Below are positions 32,643-43,159 of a stretch of DNA of 63,178 nt, piece by piece. Each line of letters starts with the position of its first letter. Position 1 is the stretch's first letter. A program made the translations under genes and the position numbers. Where the stretch lies: NCBI GenBank assembly GCA_017537165.1, contig JAFYLI010000125.1:1-63178 (forward strand). Reading direction: 5' to 3'. The notes below the pieces were generated by a model. That model was given only the letters and a program-made list of their open reading frames with translations, made no database searches and was not told where the DNA came from. This stretch comes from Oscillospiraceae bacterium. Its GTDB lineage: Bacteria > Bacillota > Clostridia > Oscillospirales > Oscillospiraceae.

Positions 32643-33734
32643 TCAGTGGATTTGTGCCTCCACAATATTTCCCAGTTTTTCTTCGGGTTCGTAACGATAG
32701 ATGATACTTTCAGTGGCTCGCTCTGCCAGCAGCATAGAAAGTTCGTTATCCGTCTGCGTCGGGTCAAATGCCTCACCGCTGTATCGGATCATAACATCCG
32801 CATCGTCATGTTCTTCCGAATACTCTATGGTTACCAATATCTCAAAAGGCGCTTTCATTCGGCTCAAAATTATCTGCACGCACATTTCTTCAATGTATGC
32901 TTGAATGTTATATATCGTGCGCTGAGAAATACGATGTTTTCTGCCGAATTCTTCAATTTGAGTATTGAAGCCGATAAAGTCAAAATCTGCGGATGTAATG
33001 GTATACTCCAGCACCTTCAAATGACGGATGAACTGGCGCGTACGCTCCTTGATGGGAGCATCGAAAATCTGCTCGGGAGGGCCATCTTCATATATGCCAC
33101 CCTGATCCATATAGAACACACGGTTGCATATCTCTCGGGCAAACTTCATTTCATGGGTAACGATGATCATGGTCGTTCCCTGCTTGGCAAGATCACGGAT
33201 AACAGCCTGAACTTCGCCTATCATCGTAGGGTCAAGCGCGGAAGTAGGCTCATCAAACAGAATTATTTCAGGCTCCATTGCCAAAGTGCGGGCAATGGCT
33301 ACGCGCTGCTTCTGTCCGCCGGACATTACGTCCGGATAATTGAGGGCCTTATCTGCCAGACCTACCTTACGAAGCAGCTCAATACCTTTGTCATAGGCTT
33401 CCTGCTTCGACTTGCCAAGGAGATCCATGGGAGCTGACATGATATTTTCTATGACCGTCATATGAGGAAACAGATTGAAGTGCTGGAACACCATGCCCAT
33501 CTTGCGGCGAATACGGGCAACGTCACAGCCTTTTTCCGTGATTTCCTCTCCGTCAACGAAAATTTTTCCCGAAGTAGGTTGCTCAAGCATATTGATGCAG
33601 CGAATCAGCGTAGACTTACCGGTTCCCGAAGGGCCGATAACTGAAATGACATCGCCCTTATGTATCTCTACGTTTACATCTTTCAAAGGGACAGCCGTGG
33701 GGTATTCTTTTCTCAAATGCTCTATTCTTATCAT
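32643..33734 (-). CDS. amino-acid ABC transporter ATP-binding protein with a C-terminal extension of about 110 aa
   Basis: Walker A GPSGTGKST, signature SGGQKQRV, Walker B IILFDEPTSALD. 4-nt overlap with the upstream permease gene. Confidence 0.85.
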   Translation of the reverse strand: MIRIEHLRKEYPTAVPLKDVNVEIHKGDVISVIGPSGTGKSTLIRCINMLEQPTSGKIFVDGEEITEKGCDVARIRRKMGMVFQHFNLFPHMTVIENIMSAPMDLLGKSKQEAYDKGIELLRKVGLADKALNYPDVMSGGQKQRVAIARTLAMEPEIILFDEPTSALDPTMIGEVQAVIRDLAKQGTTMIIVTHEMKFAREICNRVFYMDQGGIYEDGPPEQIFDAPIKERTRQFIRHLKVLEYTITSADFDFIGFNTQIEEFGRKHRISQRTIYNIQAYIEEMCVQIILSRMKAPFEILVTIEYSEEHDDADVMIRYSGEAFDPTQTDNELSMLLAERATESIIYRYEPEEKLGNIVEAQIH

Positions 33735-36724
33735 TCAGTCTTCACCCCTTTCAAAATACTTTCCGGCTTGCGGCGTTTGGGCTCAAAGTGCACCTTTATT
33801 CTGCTCAACAGCAGCGAGAGGATCCACGTCAGTATGAAATAGATCACAGCCGTTGCTATCAGCGGGAAGAACGCCTCGTAGGTATTGCTTCGAATAATAT
33901 CGCCCATTTTAGTCAGGTCATTGACCGCAATGTAGCCTACCACAGCCGTTGCCTTGATCAGTTCTACAGCCTGACCGCAGTAAGAGGGCAGGAAAACACT
34001 CATGGCCTGGGGGAAAATAATACGGAAAAATGTTTTATTCTTTGTGTAGCCCAGTGCGTAAGCAGCCTCAGTCTGGCCGCGGTCGACACTGCCTACAGAC
34101 ACTGTCATATGGTCATAAACGAAGGCTCCGAAGGTAAGCGCAAATCCGATTATAGCCACCACGATTCCGCTCATATCGCGTAACTTTCCGAATACCACAT
34201 AAAACAGTATCATCAAAATAACAACGACGGGTGTACCTGCGATAATGCGGGAATATACCTTAGCAATTCCCTTTGCTGTCATCTGCAGCAGTTTTACGTC
34301 AGAACGGCTGAGCATATACAGGCCGAAGCCTACCAGCGTTCCGGCGATAGCTGCGCAGATACTGATGAGCATGGTGATTCCAATACCTTCAAGCAGCAGT
34401 TTCCAGCGATCCTCGCGGACAAAGGTTTTATTGAAATCTTCCTTAATTTCATCCCAGAAACCTGCTTCCGCTTCCTGCTTGGCACCCGTATATACAACGG
34501 CTAATCCGTCGGCAGAAACGTGCGAATCTGTAAACCGGACGCTTTCGGCTCTCTCAGGAGTTACTGTGATGCCGCTTGCACCGATATCAAATTTGCCGCT
34601 TGCAACGGAGGGGATCAGCGCATCAAATGCCATGCCTTCTATCTCAAGACGGTAACCGTACTCACGGGCAAAAATTGTTAGCATTTCCACTTCATAGCCG
34701 GTAAAGCCATGGTCATAGCGGTAAGTCAGCGGACGCATTCCGTTTTCTACCGCTACCCTGATGGTGCCGTTTTCGCCCGCAAGTCTTTCGTAATCGGGAT
34801 GCTCTGTAGGCTCGGTATCAGCAAACCACTTATTTTCCAGCGCCTCCAAAGTACCGTCCTGCTTAGACTTAGCTATAAAGTCATTCAGCTGCCCCAGAAG
34901 GACTTCATTGCAGGGTTCCTTAGTGAGTATAAGCGCATTGGATACCGTTCCTACGGGAGTTTCCAGCGCCGTAACGGGGGCATTTTCCCAACGCAGACTT
35001 ACATAAAGCGGTCTTTCAAAAAATGCCACATCCACTTTGCCCTGCTCCAGCGCCAGCAAAATATCCGCAGAGGTGCTGAAGTATTTCTTCTCGGCATTGG
35101 GGAAATCTCTATCCGCTATTTCATCCCATATAGTACCCGTCCAAATGGCAATGGCTGCGTTTTCAATGTCTTTCAGCGATGTTATCCCCTGCGTCTTCAC
35201 TGCAGCATTCTGCTTTTTGGCAACCATGACCACATCTACCGTCAAATGGCTCTCGGTAAAGTCAACGCTTCGCGCACGCTCTTCGGTGATGGTAACGGCA
35301 CCTGTTCCAATGTCATATTTACCGGTTGTAACTCCGGGAAGGATAGTTTCAAAGGTAACGTTGGAAATCTCCAGATCGTATCCGTACTGCTTGGCAAAAA
35401 GCCACAGAAGTTCCATCTCATAACCGGAGAGTTCACCGTTTTTGATATAGGAAATCGGCTTCAGGTCGGTTGCCGCAGCCACGCGCAGCGTTCCGTTTTC
35501 TCCCGTAAGTTCTGCGAAATTCGGATGCTCTGTAGGCTCGGTGCTGCCCAACCATTTATCGTTAAGAGCCTGCAGCGATCCGTCTTCCCTCATACCGAGA
35601 ATAAACTGATCAAGCTGTTCACGCAGCTGTGCCGAACTTTCATCCTTCTTCAAAATGTATCCTGCATGGGTCTGGGCAATAGGCTCGGGAATAACCTCTA
35701 TGTTGGCGCCTTCCCACAAGGCCGCAGCAACATAAGTATTTTCCGAAATAAAGCCATCCACTTTGTCTTGCTCTACCGCAAGAATCATATCGGACATCAG
35801 CGTAAAATACTGACGTTCGGAGTTGGGGAAGAGTTCCGCGGCAAAGTCATCGAATACCGAGCCGGTCAGAACGCCTATTGTGGCCTCCTCGAAGTCAGCC
35901 AGCTTTTTTGCAGTACCTACAGCAGCATTAGTCGCTCCCTTTGTAACCAGCACAACGTCAAACTCGGCATAAGGCTCACTGAAATCCACACTCTCTTCAC
36001 GCTCGGGAGTAATATTCAGCGCCGCTGAGCCCATATCATACTTCCCTGCCGCAATTCCTGCGATTATCGACTCGAAGGGAATTACCTCAATATCAAAGGA
36101 GTAGCCGTACTTCTGAGCAAAAAGCGTCAAAAGCTCCATTTCCAAACCGGTGTAGTAATTTTCGCGCTGATAGAGAAGCGGCTTGCCGTCAATTGCCATT
36201 GCAAGGCGGATGGTTCCGTTTTCACCCGAAAGCGACATATAATCGGGATGCTCATTAGGCTCTGCCGCTCCCATCCACTTTTTCTTGAGCTGCTCGACGG
36301 TTCCGTCAGCTTTTGCCTCGCTCAAAAAGCTGTTGAGTTGTTCGCGGAGGTGAGTGCTTTCGCCCTCGGGAAATACAAATCCGTTTTCCACATGGCTGAC
36401 AGCTTCGTCCAGACGCTTCAACTCCACGCCTTCCCATATCAGTGCAGTCACGAAAGGAGCATCTTCAATATAGCAGTCGATCTTATCCTGCTCTACAGCA
36501 ATGATCATATCTGCCATACTGTTAAAATATACTCGCTCCGCATTGGGGAAATGATGCTTTGCCGTTCCGTCATGGGACGAACCGGTAATTACACCTATTT
36601 TTGCCTGCTCAAATGTTTCACTTTCCTGAATATCATTTTTCGTGGCTGAATTGCAGCCAGCCAGAAGTCCCACTGCAATCGCCAAAATCAAGAGAACAGA
36701 AAAACTGTTTCTTATTATCTTCAT
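33731..36724 (-). CDS. lipoprotein-anchored fusion of tandem amino-acid substrate-binding domains to an ABC permease domain
   Basis: I prefer the ATG at 36722-36724 (GAAGGAGAA RBS, lipobox LLAGC). Three repeats of about 240 aa are followed by a polar-amino-acid permease-like TM domain. Confidence 0.8.
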   Translation of the reverse strand: MKIIRNSFSVLLILAIAVGLLAGCNSATKNDIQESETFEQAKIGVITGSSHDGTAKHHFPNAERVYFNSMADMIIAVEQDKIDCYIEDAPFVTALIWEGVELKRLDEAVSHVENGFVFPEGESTHLREQLNSFLSEAKADGTVEQLKKKWMGAAEPNEHPDYMSLSGENGTIRLAMAIDGKPLLYQRENYYTGLEMELLTLFAQKYGYSFDIEVIPFESIIAGIAAGKYDMGSAALNITPEREESVDFSEPYAEFDVVLVTKGATNAAVGTAKKLADFEEATIGVLTGSVFDDFAAELFPNSERQYFTLMSDMILAVEQDKVDGFISENTYVAAALWEGANIEVIPEPIAQTHAGYILKKDESSAQLREQLDQFILGMREDGSLQALNDKWLGSTEPTEHPNFAELTGENGTLRVAAATDLKPISYIKNGELSGYEMELLWLFAKQYGYDLEISNVTFETILPGVTTGKYDIGTGAVTITEERARSVDFTESHLTVDVVMVAKKQNAAVKTQGITSLKDIENAAIAIWTGTIWDEIADRDFPNAEKKYFSTSADILLALEQGKVDVAFFERPLYVSLRWENAPVTALETPVGTVSNALILTKEPCNEVLLGQLNDFIAKSKQDGTLEALENKWFADTEPTEHPDYERLAGENGTIRVAVENGMRPLTYRYDHGFTGYEVEMLTIFAREYGYRLEIEGMAFDALIPSVASGKFDIGASGITVTPERAESVRFTDSHVSADGLAVVYTGAKQEAEAGFWDEIKEDFNKTFVREDRWKLLLEGIGITMLISICAAIAGTLVGFGLYMLSRSDVKLLQMTAKGIAKVYSRIIAGTPVVVILMILFYVVFGKLRDMSGIVVAIIGFALTFGAFVYDHMTVSVGSVDRGQTEAAYALGYTKNKTFFRIIFPQAMSVFLPSYCGQAVELIKATAVVGYIAVNDLTKMGDIIRSNTYEAFFPLIATAVIYFILTWILSLLLSRIKVHFEPKRRKPESILKGVKTE
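34448..36604 (-). repeat. three tandem intragenic repeats of about 720 bp encoding binding-domain units (coordinates approximate)
   Basis: Collinear protein repeats starting AKIGVITGS..., ATIGVLTGS... and AAIAIWTGT... Each contains GENGTIR/LRV and ...KW(M/L/F)G segments. Confidence 0.7.
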
Positions 36725-36799
36725 TGCGTAATTTCTCCTTCGCTTTTTCACATGGAATCTGCCGTCATACATAGTCTTATTCTACTACCTTGCGTTCTC

Positions 36800-37540
36800 T
36801 CAATTTTCGGGCATGTCTACCGGGAAATCGAAATACGTATCAGGATAAGGCTCGTTTTCCAATGTGAAATGCCACCATTCTTCAGGCAGCGCTCTGAATC
36901 CGTTATCCACCATGGCTTTTTGCAGTATCATACGGTTATCGATCTGCTCTTGTGTAAGCGTTTCGGTATAGTCCGGATGTGACAACTCGCCGAAATAGTC
37001 AAAACCGCCACCCATATCTACCTCGCGGCCCGTCATCATGTCCACTATAGTCAAATCAACAGTGGAGCCGCGGCTGTGGCCGGACTTTGCTGCAATATAT
37101 CCCTTGTCAAAGAGTTCGGACTTATCTACCTCGGGATAGAAATAAGGCTTCATCTCCGTTGCTTCAAGGTTCTCTGCCCATGCTTTAAAATGATCTACGG
37201 CTGTCTGTGGTCTATAAGCATCGTATATCTTGATTCGGTATCCCTGCTCCATAAGATCGTCACTGACATTTTTCAGCGCAGCGGCGGCTTCCTTAGTAAG
37301 ATAAGCTACCGGAGCCTCGTAGGCATTGATACGCTCGCCTACAAAATTGAAAGTGGAATAATATCGAATTTCCAAAATAGCATCGGGAATAACGTCAGTT
37401 ATAAGAACAAAACCGTTTTTCTCAGATTCCATCTTGCCGTTTCCCCCATTTGTATTTTTCTTAACGCAGCCAATCAGTGAGATGAGCAGCAGTACACTCA
37501 GCACGATCAAAGAGCCTTTCTTAAAAAAACTTTTTTTCAT
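36800..37540 (-). CDS. VanX/DdpX-like D-alanyl-D-alanine dipeptidase (M15 family) lipoprotein
   Basis: Lipobox LIGC. Motifs SGHSRGSTVDLT and EWWHF. Confidence 0.75.
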   Translation of the reverse strand: MKKSFFKKGSLIVLSVLLLISLIGCVKKNTNGGNGKMESEKNGFVLITDVIPDAILEIRYYSTFNFVGERINAYEAPVAYLTKEAAAALKNVSDDLMEQGYRIKIYDAYRPQTAVDHFKAWAENLEATEMKPYFYPEVDKSELFDKGYIAAKSGHSRGSTVDLTIVDMMTGREVDMGGGFDYFGELSHPDYTETLTQEQIDNRMILQKAMVDNGFRALPEEWWHFTLENEPYPDTYFDFPVDMPEN

Positions 37541-37579
37541 AAAAAGTACCTTTCCTCTATTGTAAATTTCTATACTTTA

Positions 37580-38248
37580 TTACTTGACCGGTTTCGGCTC
37601 TCTTGTCATGGCATAGTGCATGACATTACTCTTAGGAACAGGTTTCTGTTCTGCCAATTTGAAATCATAGTGCTGATAAAGCGAAACGTTGCTCTCCTTA
37701 TTGGTTTCCAGATAGCACACCATATTTTCATTATCACAGAACTCCAGCATAGGCCGCAGCAGCTTGGAGGCTATACCTTTTCCCTGGGCCTTGCGCGAAA
37801 CAGAAAGGTTATAAAGATACCAATCCACATTGTCTGTATAAGTTTCTTTCAGCTTCATGGCAAAGGTTTCGTAAGTAAGCAATCTGCCAATGATCGCAGG
37901 GCCTGAGTGCAGGATCAAACCTACACCGCCGTTCAGCAAAAAAGGAAGGGTTTTGCTGCCATTGAACCCGAGGGGGAGCCATATTGCAAACCCGTTGAGT
38001 TCTTCGCTGTCTGCGTAGATGACAGCATCTTCTGTCATGGTCTTTAATGAAATATCCATGATGATACGAGACGCTTTGGGATCATATTTTCCGCCGCTGA
38101 ACCAATTATGCAGCGGATAATCCTGATATGCATCCATGGCCACATCAGCCAGTTCTCCAAGACGCTCCTTGGGAACAATATACAATCCTGCTTTTTCCAC
38201 GGCATTTTTCGCCAGCGGAACTTCAATTTTTCTTACCAACTTATCCAT
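37580..38248 (-). CDS. GNAT-family N-acetyltransferase
   Basis: 222 aa. The acetyl-CoA-binding-like segment LSVSRKAQGKGIASKLL is consistent with the GNAT motif A region. Confidence 0.6.
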   Translation of the reverse strand: MDKLVRKIEVPLAKNAVEKAGLYIVPKERLGELADVAMDAYQDYPLHNWFSGGKYDPKASRIIMDISLKTMTEDAVIYADSEELNGFAIWLPLGFNGSKTLPFLLNGGVGLILHSGPAIIGRLLTYETFAMKLKETYTDNVDWYLYNLSVSRKAQGKGIASKLLRPMLEFCDNENMVCYLETNKESNVSLYQHYDFKLAEQKPVPKSNVMHYAMTREPKPVK

Positions 38249-38314
38249 AAATCATTACTCCTATCAAAGCAACAACCATATCGTTGTCCTCGGAATACTT
38301 CCGTATAAATCATA

Positions 38315-39295
38315 TTATTTATAATCCAAATATTTATCTTTATGCCGCTCATACTGCGCCCGAACTATACGACTGTCCAATCGATAATAAGGGGTCGGCC
38401 CCGTAAGTTCTGCATCGCCGATACTCATATCAGCCCTAACCGCACTGTCATAGGGTGAATTCCCCATAAAAGGAATACGCAGCTTTGCCCACCATGTCAA
38501 AAATCTTGCATGGAACTGAACTTCTGCAGCAAAAGAGAAAAACGACGCATTTCCCGTATGTGTAGCCAAAATGGCCATTCTCTCATACTCCATCAAGCTT
38601 TTGGGATCACAAATATACACTTTCTTATGGTCGCAGACTACTCTGCCTGCGGCGCTGTTATTTGCTTCGATAAACTGAGCTACTCTTCCGCGCAATCCCA
38701 GCTTTCCGAAATCAGCCTCATAACGCTTAGGCACATTTATATATCCCTCAGCGGCCAAGGAGGCAATATATTCGGTGTACAGTTCCGCTATCAAGTACGC
38801 TCCCTGTGACTCCGTACGGATAAAATACTGCTTAAGCGCGTCGCTATGCCGCTGTCCTCTATGTGCCACAACACGGTTTATCTCTTCCTCGAGTTTCTTT
38901 CTGTTGGCCTGCGTGGAGTCGCAAAGACAATCTACAAGAATTTCTTCACGCAAGGCGATAAAAGGAATTGTAACTCCCGGGGTATCGCCGTCGGCATGCA
39001 GGCCCATTTTTGCATCGCATTCCTGCTCGCGCATTTTAAAAAGGCTATACACATGGCTTTCGCCGACTGACACAGCATAGATATACCAATCATCAAAAAA
39101 CAGTCTGCACTCTAACTCTTCCCCTTGATTGCCCGGGACGGTAGTAATGCCGCACTGTGCCAAAATATCCGCAATCGCCACCGATGCAGCAAAGAAACCG
39201 TCTGCAGTTCCGCATACGTCACTCTCGCTTAAACAGCAAAGCTCCATAAGTTTTCGAAAAAGCTCAGGGATATTCTTTTGTACTTTATCTGTCAT
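38315..39295 (-). CDS. hypothetical protein (326 aa)
   Basis: Long ORF at the head of the operon. I recognise no motif. Confidence 0.6.
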   Translation of the reverse strand: MTDKVQKNIPELFRKLMELCCLSESDVCGTADGFFAASVAIADILAQCGITTVPGNQGEELECRLFFDDWYIYAVSVGESHVYSLFKMREQECDAKMGLHADGDTPGVTIPFIALREEILVDCLCDSTQANRKKLEEEINRVVAHRGQRHSDALKQYFIRTESQGAYLIAELYTEYIASLAAEGYINVPKRYEADFGKLGLRGRVAQFIEANNSAAGRVVCDHKKVYICDPKSLMEYERMAILATHTGNASFFSFAAEVQFHARFLTWWAKLRIPFMGNSPYDSAVRADMSIGDAELTGPTPYYRLDSRIVRAQYERHKDKYLDYK

Positions 39296-39551
39296 ATATC
39301 ATCACACCCGCATGGCTTGATAATTTCAATTTTTATAACAATATATTTTATCATTGCAAAGGAGGCAAAAGAGGGGCACAAAAAGCAATATTTCCGTATA
39401 ACTGTTTTTTATTTTCGCAAATAACATATATGCCACCGATTACGTCATGACACTACAAAACCACCCCGACCTCCGTTGTTGAAAGTCAGGGTGGTTTTTC
39501 TTCGGTTTTACGCGGATTATATCCGCAATATTTTATGTTTCGGACGTTAAG

Positions 39552-41780
39552 TCAGTTCAGCACCAAGTCGCAGAATCGATAAATTATCACTGCACTCTGG
39601 CTGCGAACAATGCCGACTGCAGGTTCCAGATATACTGTACCGTCTTTAGCGACACCCTCTATAATGCCGGTGCCGCATGCCCACTGCATTGCAGAGAATT
39701 CACTTACGTTGAAGGCATCCTCATAGCTGAGAATGTTTGTTTCTTCGCCCACGGACACATCAATACCCTTGTAGCTGCAGTAACGCCACAGAATATCGGC
39801 CAGCTGCTCACGAGTAACGGCTTCATCGGGATAGAAGTATCCCTCTTCCCCGTCCATAATGCCGTTGGCGGTTGCCCATCGGATAGCCCCGTAATGCCAC
39901 TGGTTTCCATAAACATCATTGAAATCCTCGGCAACCGCTACCGTAGGCTCCCCTTCCATGCGCCACAGTATCGTGGCTACCATGGCACGGCTGGTCATCA
40001 TATCGGGAGCAAAACGATCATCGGCAACACCCTGCATCAAGCCTTCCTCAATGCAGTAATGAACGCCGTCATAATACCATGCTGCATTGTTCAGGTCATC
40101 ATAAGACAGAGCAGAGCACTCCTCACCTTCGGGGCAGTTATCATCGGCAAGGACATAACCGTTGGTAAATGTAATATTGGTAGTTACATCCTTATATTCT
40201 TCACCGATCACTCCGCCCAGTTTTTCTGTAACATACTGCTCAAGTGCCTCTACGTCCAGCATACCTTCGTTCTGGACGATTACAGCCTCTTCGAGCATCT
40301 TCATTCCGCTTCCATGCTCAACAAGTGCATAATTATGAGATGCTATGGTATATGTAGCGGAGAGATCAATAGGCTCATATTCACCTGTTTCTCTGTTGAG
40401 TATCTTTATATCGTATACGCGGTAAGGTCCGTCAACACAGACAAACTCTTCAAATTCATCCAGTACAACGGAAGATGCAATATCCGTGTTTACGGAAAAG
40501 GTGATGTTGGAAAGATGGGGGAAACTGCCGTTTTCCTCGGGCCACAGCATCATGGCCATCTCCATCATATCCTTAATTACCTGACCGCTAACTTCCGCAG
40601 AAACCACAGTATTGTTAAAAGGCAGAATGCTTAGGAGATCATTGAATGTAACATCGCCGATCAAAACATCTGCGCGGAGTCCGCCGCCGTTAATATATCC
40701 AATATCTGCATCCACAGCACTGCGGAAGGCTTCTGCGCACAGATCTCCCAAATTGGTTTCATTATTGCGAACCAGACGTTTTCCGTTTTCATCCTTGGTT
40801 ATAAGGTTGACCTCACTAACGCCCACCTTACGCTCACCAAGTTCGGCATACTCGGTATAAATCTGTTCGATATAAGTATCAACAATAGGATCTGTATTCT
40901 GATAATCAGCAGTCTTGATCAGTTCGGTTTTGAATTCTCCATCCGCAATTGTAAGCTTGCCGATATGCTCAAACTTAGTTCCGGTGGAGCTGAGAAGAAC
41001 GTCCTCGCCGGACTTGTCAGTTAATATCTTACCTTCGATCACACTATGAGAATGTGCGTCAAGTACGACGTCGAGACCGTCGAGCTTGCTGATAAGAGTC
41101 TCTATATCTTCGAGACCTTCATATTCCTCATCGTCTGCATATCCGATGTGTGAAATAGCCACAACATACTCTGCACCATCTGCCCTGGCGGCATCGATGT
41201 TTTCCTGGACTACATCATGCAGATCGTTGGGATGGAAAGTGAAGAGATATTCGCCTTCACTGTCCTTGAACTGCGCAGGAGAAGAGGAAGTGACGGTGCT
41301 GGGGGTGGTGATGCCGATATAGGCAACGTCCACATCACCGTAAGAAACTATGGTATAGGGTTCAAAATAAGACTCCGCTTCGCCGATTTTTTGGAAATTG
41401 CAGCAAACCGGCTTAGTGTTCATCATATCTACCAGCTCCGCAAGTCTCTCCATGCGGTAGTCAAACTCATGATTTCCCAGCGCCACCGCATCATAACCAA
41501 CAAGGTTCATAAGATCAACAATATATTGGCCGAGAGAGATTACGCCAATGCTGGTTCCCTGAATATAGTCGCCACCGGAAACTACTCCGACATAAGCGTA
41601 GGTTTCCTGCAGTTCTTTCTTCATGGCTGAAAGCTTTGTGTAACCGTCTATGGCACAATGTACATCATTTTCATAAAGGATAATAATATCCTCCGTATTC
41701 TGCACTGCAAACGCATTTATCGGAAAAATTCCGATTACCAGCAACACACACAGAATAACTGCCGCAACGCTTTTCTTCAT
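39552..41780 (-). CDS. secreted bifunctional metallophosphatase/5'-nucleotidase with C-terminal SLH repeats
   Basis: Signal peptide. Calcineurin-like motifs NDVHC and GNHEFDY. SLH-like repeats at the C-terminus. Confidence 0.8.
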   Translation of the reverse strand: MKKSVAAVILCVLLVIGIFPINAFAVQNTEDIIILYENDVHCAIDGYTKLSAMKKELQETYAYVGVVSGGDYIQGTSIGVISLGQYIVDLMNLVGYDAVALGNHEFDYRMERLAELVDMMNTKPVCCNFQKIGEAESYFEPYTIVSYGDVDVAYIGITTPSTVTSSSPAQFKDSEGEYLFTFHPNDLHDVVQENIDAARADGAEYVVAISHIGYADDEEYEGLEDIETLISKLDGLDVVLDAHSHSVIEGKILTDKSGEDVLLSSTGTKFEHIGKLTIADGEFKTELIKTADYQNTDPIVDTYIEQIYTEYAELGERKVGVSEVNLITKDENGKRLVRNNETNLGDLCAEAFRSAVDADIGYINGGGLRADVLIGDVTFNDLLSILPFNNTVVSAEVSGQVIKDMMEMAMMLWPEENGSFPHLSNITFSVNTDIASSVVLDEFEEFVCVDGPYRVYDIKILNRETGEYEPIDLSATYTIASHNYALVEHGSGMKMLEEAVIVQNEGMLDVEALEQYVTEKLGGVIGEEYKDVTTNITFTNGYVLADDNCPEGEECSALSYDDLNNAAWYYDGVHYCIEEGLMQGVADDRFAPDMMTSRAMVATILWRMEGEPTVAVAEDFNDVYGNQWHYGAIRWATANGIMDGEEGYFYPDEAVTREQLADILWRYCSYKGIDVSVGEETNILSYEDAFNVSEFSAMQWACGTGIIEGVAKDGTVYLEPAVGIVRSQSAVIIYRFCDLVLN

Positions 41781-41809
41781 TCTCTACTTCCTTTCTGCAG
41801 ATCAGTCTA

Positions 41810-42523
41810 TCAGGGAGTAAAGATGCGGTTCATTTCTATAACCTGTCCGTCCTCAACGCGAATGGTGGTATTGTACGGTGTGAAGTTATAATTTTCCACC
41901 TCACCGACCAGAAAGCTACCGGGATAGAGGATAACTTCTCCCAGATCAGGATCAGCATTGTCATAGCCCATAAAGTCGACAGACACACGAATTGTAGCTT
42001 CGCCGACCTCATACCAGTTCTTAGCATCGTTGAAGCCAATTTCACAGAATATACCGCCATCTTTGGAAACAAGTTCAAAGCCACCGGCTTCCAGACCGCC
42101 ATTAACCAAAACATTGCCGTTTTCTCCACGCTCTACGGAAGTTACGGTAACATCACCTGCATGAGTAACAACAATGTCGCCAACTTTCAGATTGGCAATA
42201 TCCACAGCATCATACATATCGTAGGTATAGATCTTCACGTCCAGCTGCATTTTGCCGGTATCATCGACATATGCATCACCCTCGTTGAAAGAAACGGAAA
42301 GGATAGCGTCCGTCAGATTTTCCATCGTAGAATCAGGAAGAGGATATACGGTAACTGCAGGCTCTGCCTGTTCTTCTCCGCCTACAGCTTCCTGATTGTT
42401 TTCAGCACCGGTATCCGTAGATTCCGTTGCTCCGGTGGTAGCATCGGGTGTGGGATCCTGAGTTTTGCCGCAACCGGCAAGCAGAAGACAAACAACAAGA
42501 ATTCCAAAGATGATCTTTTTCAT
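41810..42523 (-). CDS. lipoprotein, function unknown
   Basis: Lipobox LLAGCGK and an AAGGAG RBS. Confidence 0.65.
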   Translation of the reverse strand: MKKIIFGILVVCLLLAGCGKTQDPTPDATTGATESTDTGAENNQEAVGGEEQAEPAVTVYPLPDSTMENLTDAILSVSFNEGDAYVDDTGKMQLDVKIYTYDMYDAVDIANLKVGDIVVTHAGDVTVTSVERGENGNVLVNGGLEAGGFELVSKDGGIFCEIGFNDAKNWYEVGEATIRVSVDFMGYDNADPDLGEVILYPGSFLVGEVENYNFTPYNTTIRVEDGQVIEMNRIFTP

Positions 42524-42545
42524 AATTTACTCCTTATTTTTCAAA

Positions 42546-43091
42546 TTATTTTACGACCCCAATAAAGAGGCACATATAAAATCCTATAACACCTGCCAGG
42601 AAAGTCGCAACGCAAATAACAGCCATCAATATATCAAGCGCTTTGATAACCTTTGCGTTTCCTACACCCAGAGTTACGAATGCCTTGCTGACCGAAACCG
42701 ATACATGAGCCAGTACCGCAGCAAAGAACAGAGGGTGTATAACAGTGTGTAAGATCTTTGCATGGAAGTGATTTGCAGCTCCGCCAATATGTGCTGCCAG
42801 CAGTACTATCATTGCAATAGCGGAAACTCGCTGCACCACCGTGGCGGCATTCAACTTTGCATAAGTATTGTATTCTTGCTTCTCCTTATCTCTGTGCTGT
42901 CTTGCCATCATAACGATGCTCAAAACAGTATGGAGCGCCGCCAGCACCGTTAAAATCCAGGGCAGTGCATCAGCAGATTTTGCAACGCTCCCTCGGGACA
43001 ACATCCAAACAGAATAGAAAATAGAATGATCTAAAATCAATACTGTCGTAATAAGGCTTAATATAGCATTCAGTTTTCTCATGCTTATCAT
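42546..43091 (-). CDS. five-TM membrane protein with conserved-looking histidines (cytochrome-b-like is only a guess)
   Basis: 181 aa. His residues sit within TM segments (LDHS, ALHTV, AAHIGG, LAHVS). Confidence 0.5.
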   Translation of the reverse strand: MISMRKLNAILSLITTVLILDHSIFYSVWMLSRGSVAKSADALPWILTVLAALHTVLSIVMMARQHRDKEKQEYNTYAKLNAATVVQRVSAIAMIVLLAAHIGGAANHFHAKILHTVIHPLFFAAVLAHVSVSVSKAFVTLGVGNAKVIKALDILMAVICVATFLAGVIGFYMCLFIGVVK

Positions 43092-43159
43092 TTTTCCTCC
43101 TCCATCGCCTTTTCGTCGGTATTATAGCAAACGAAAGGACACACAAAGGGGGCACAAAT

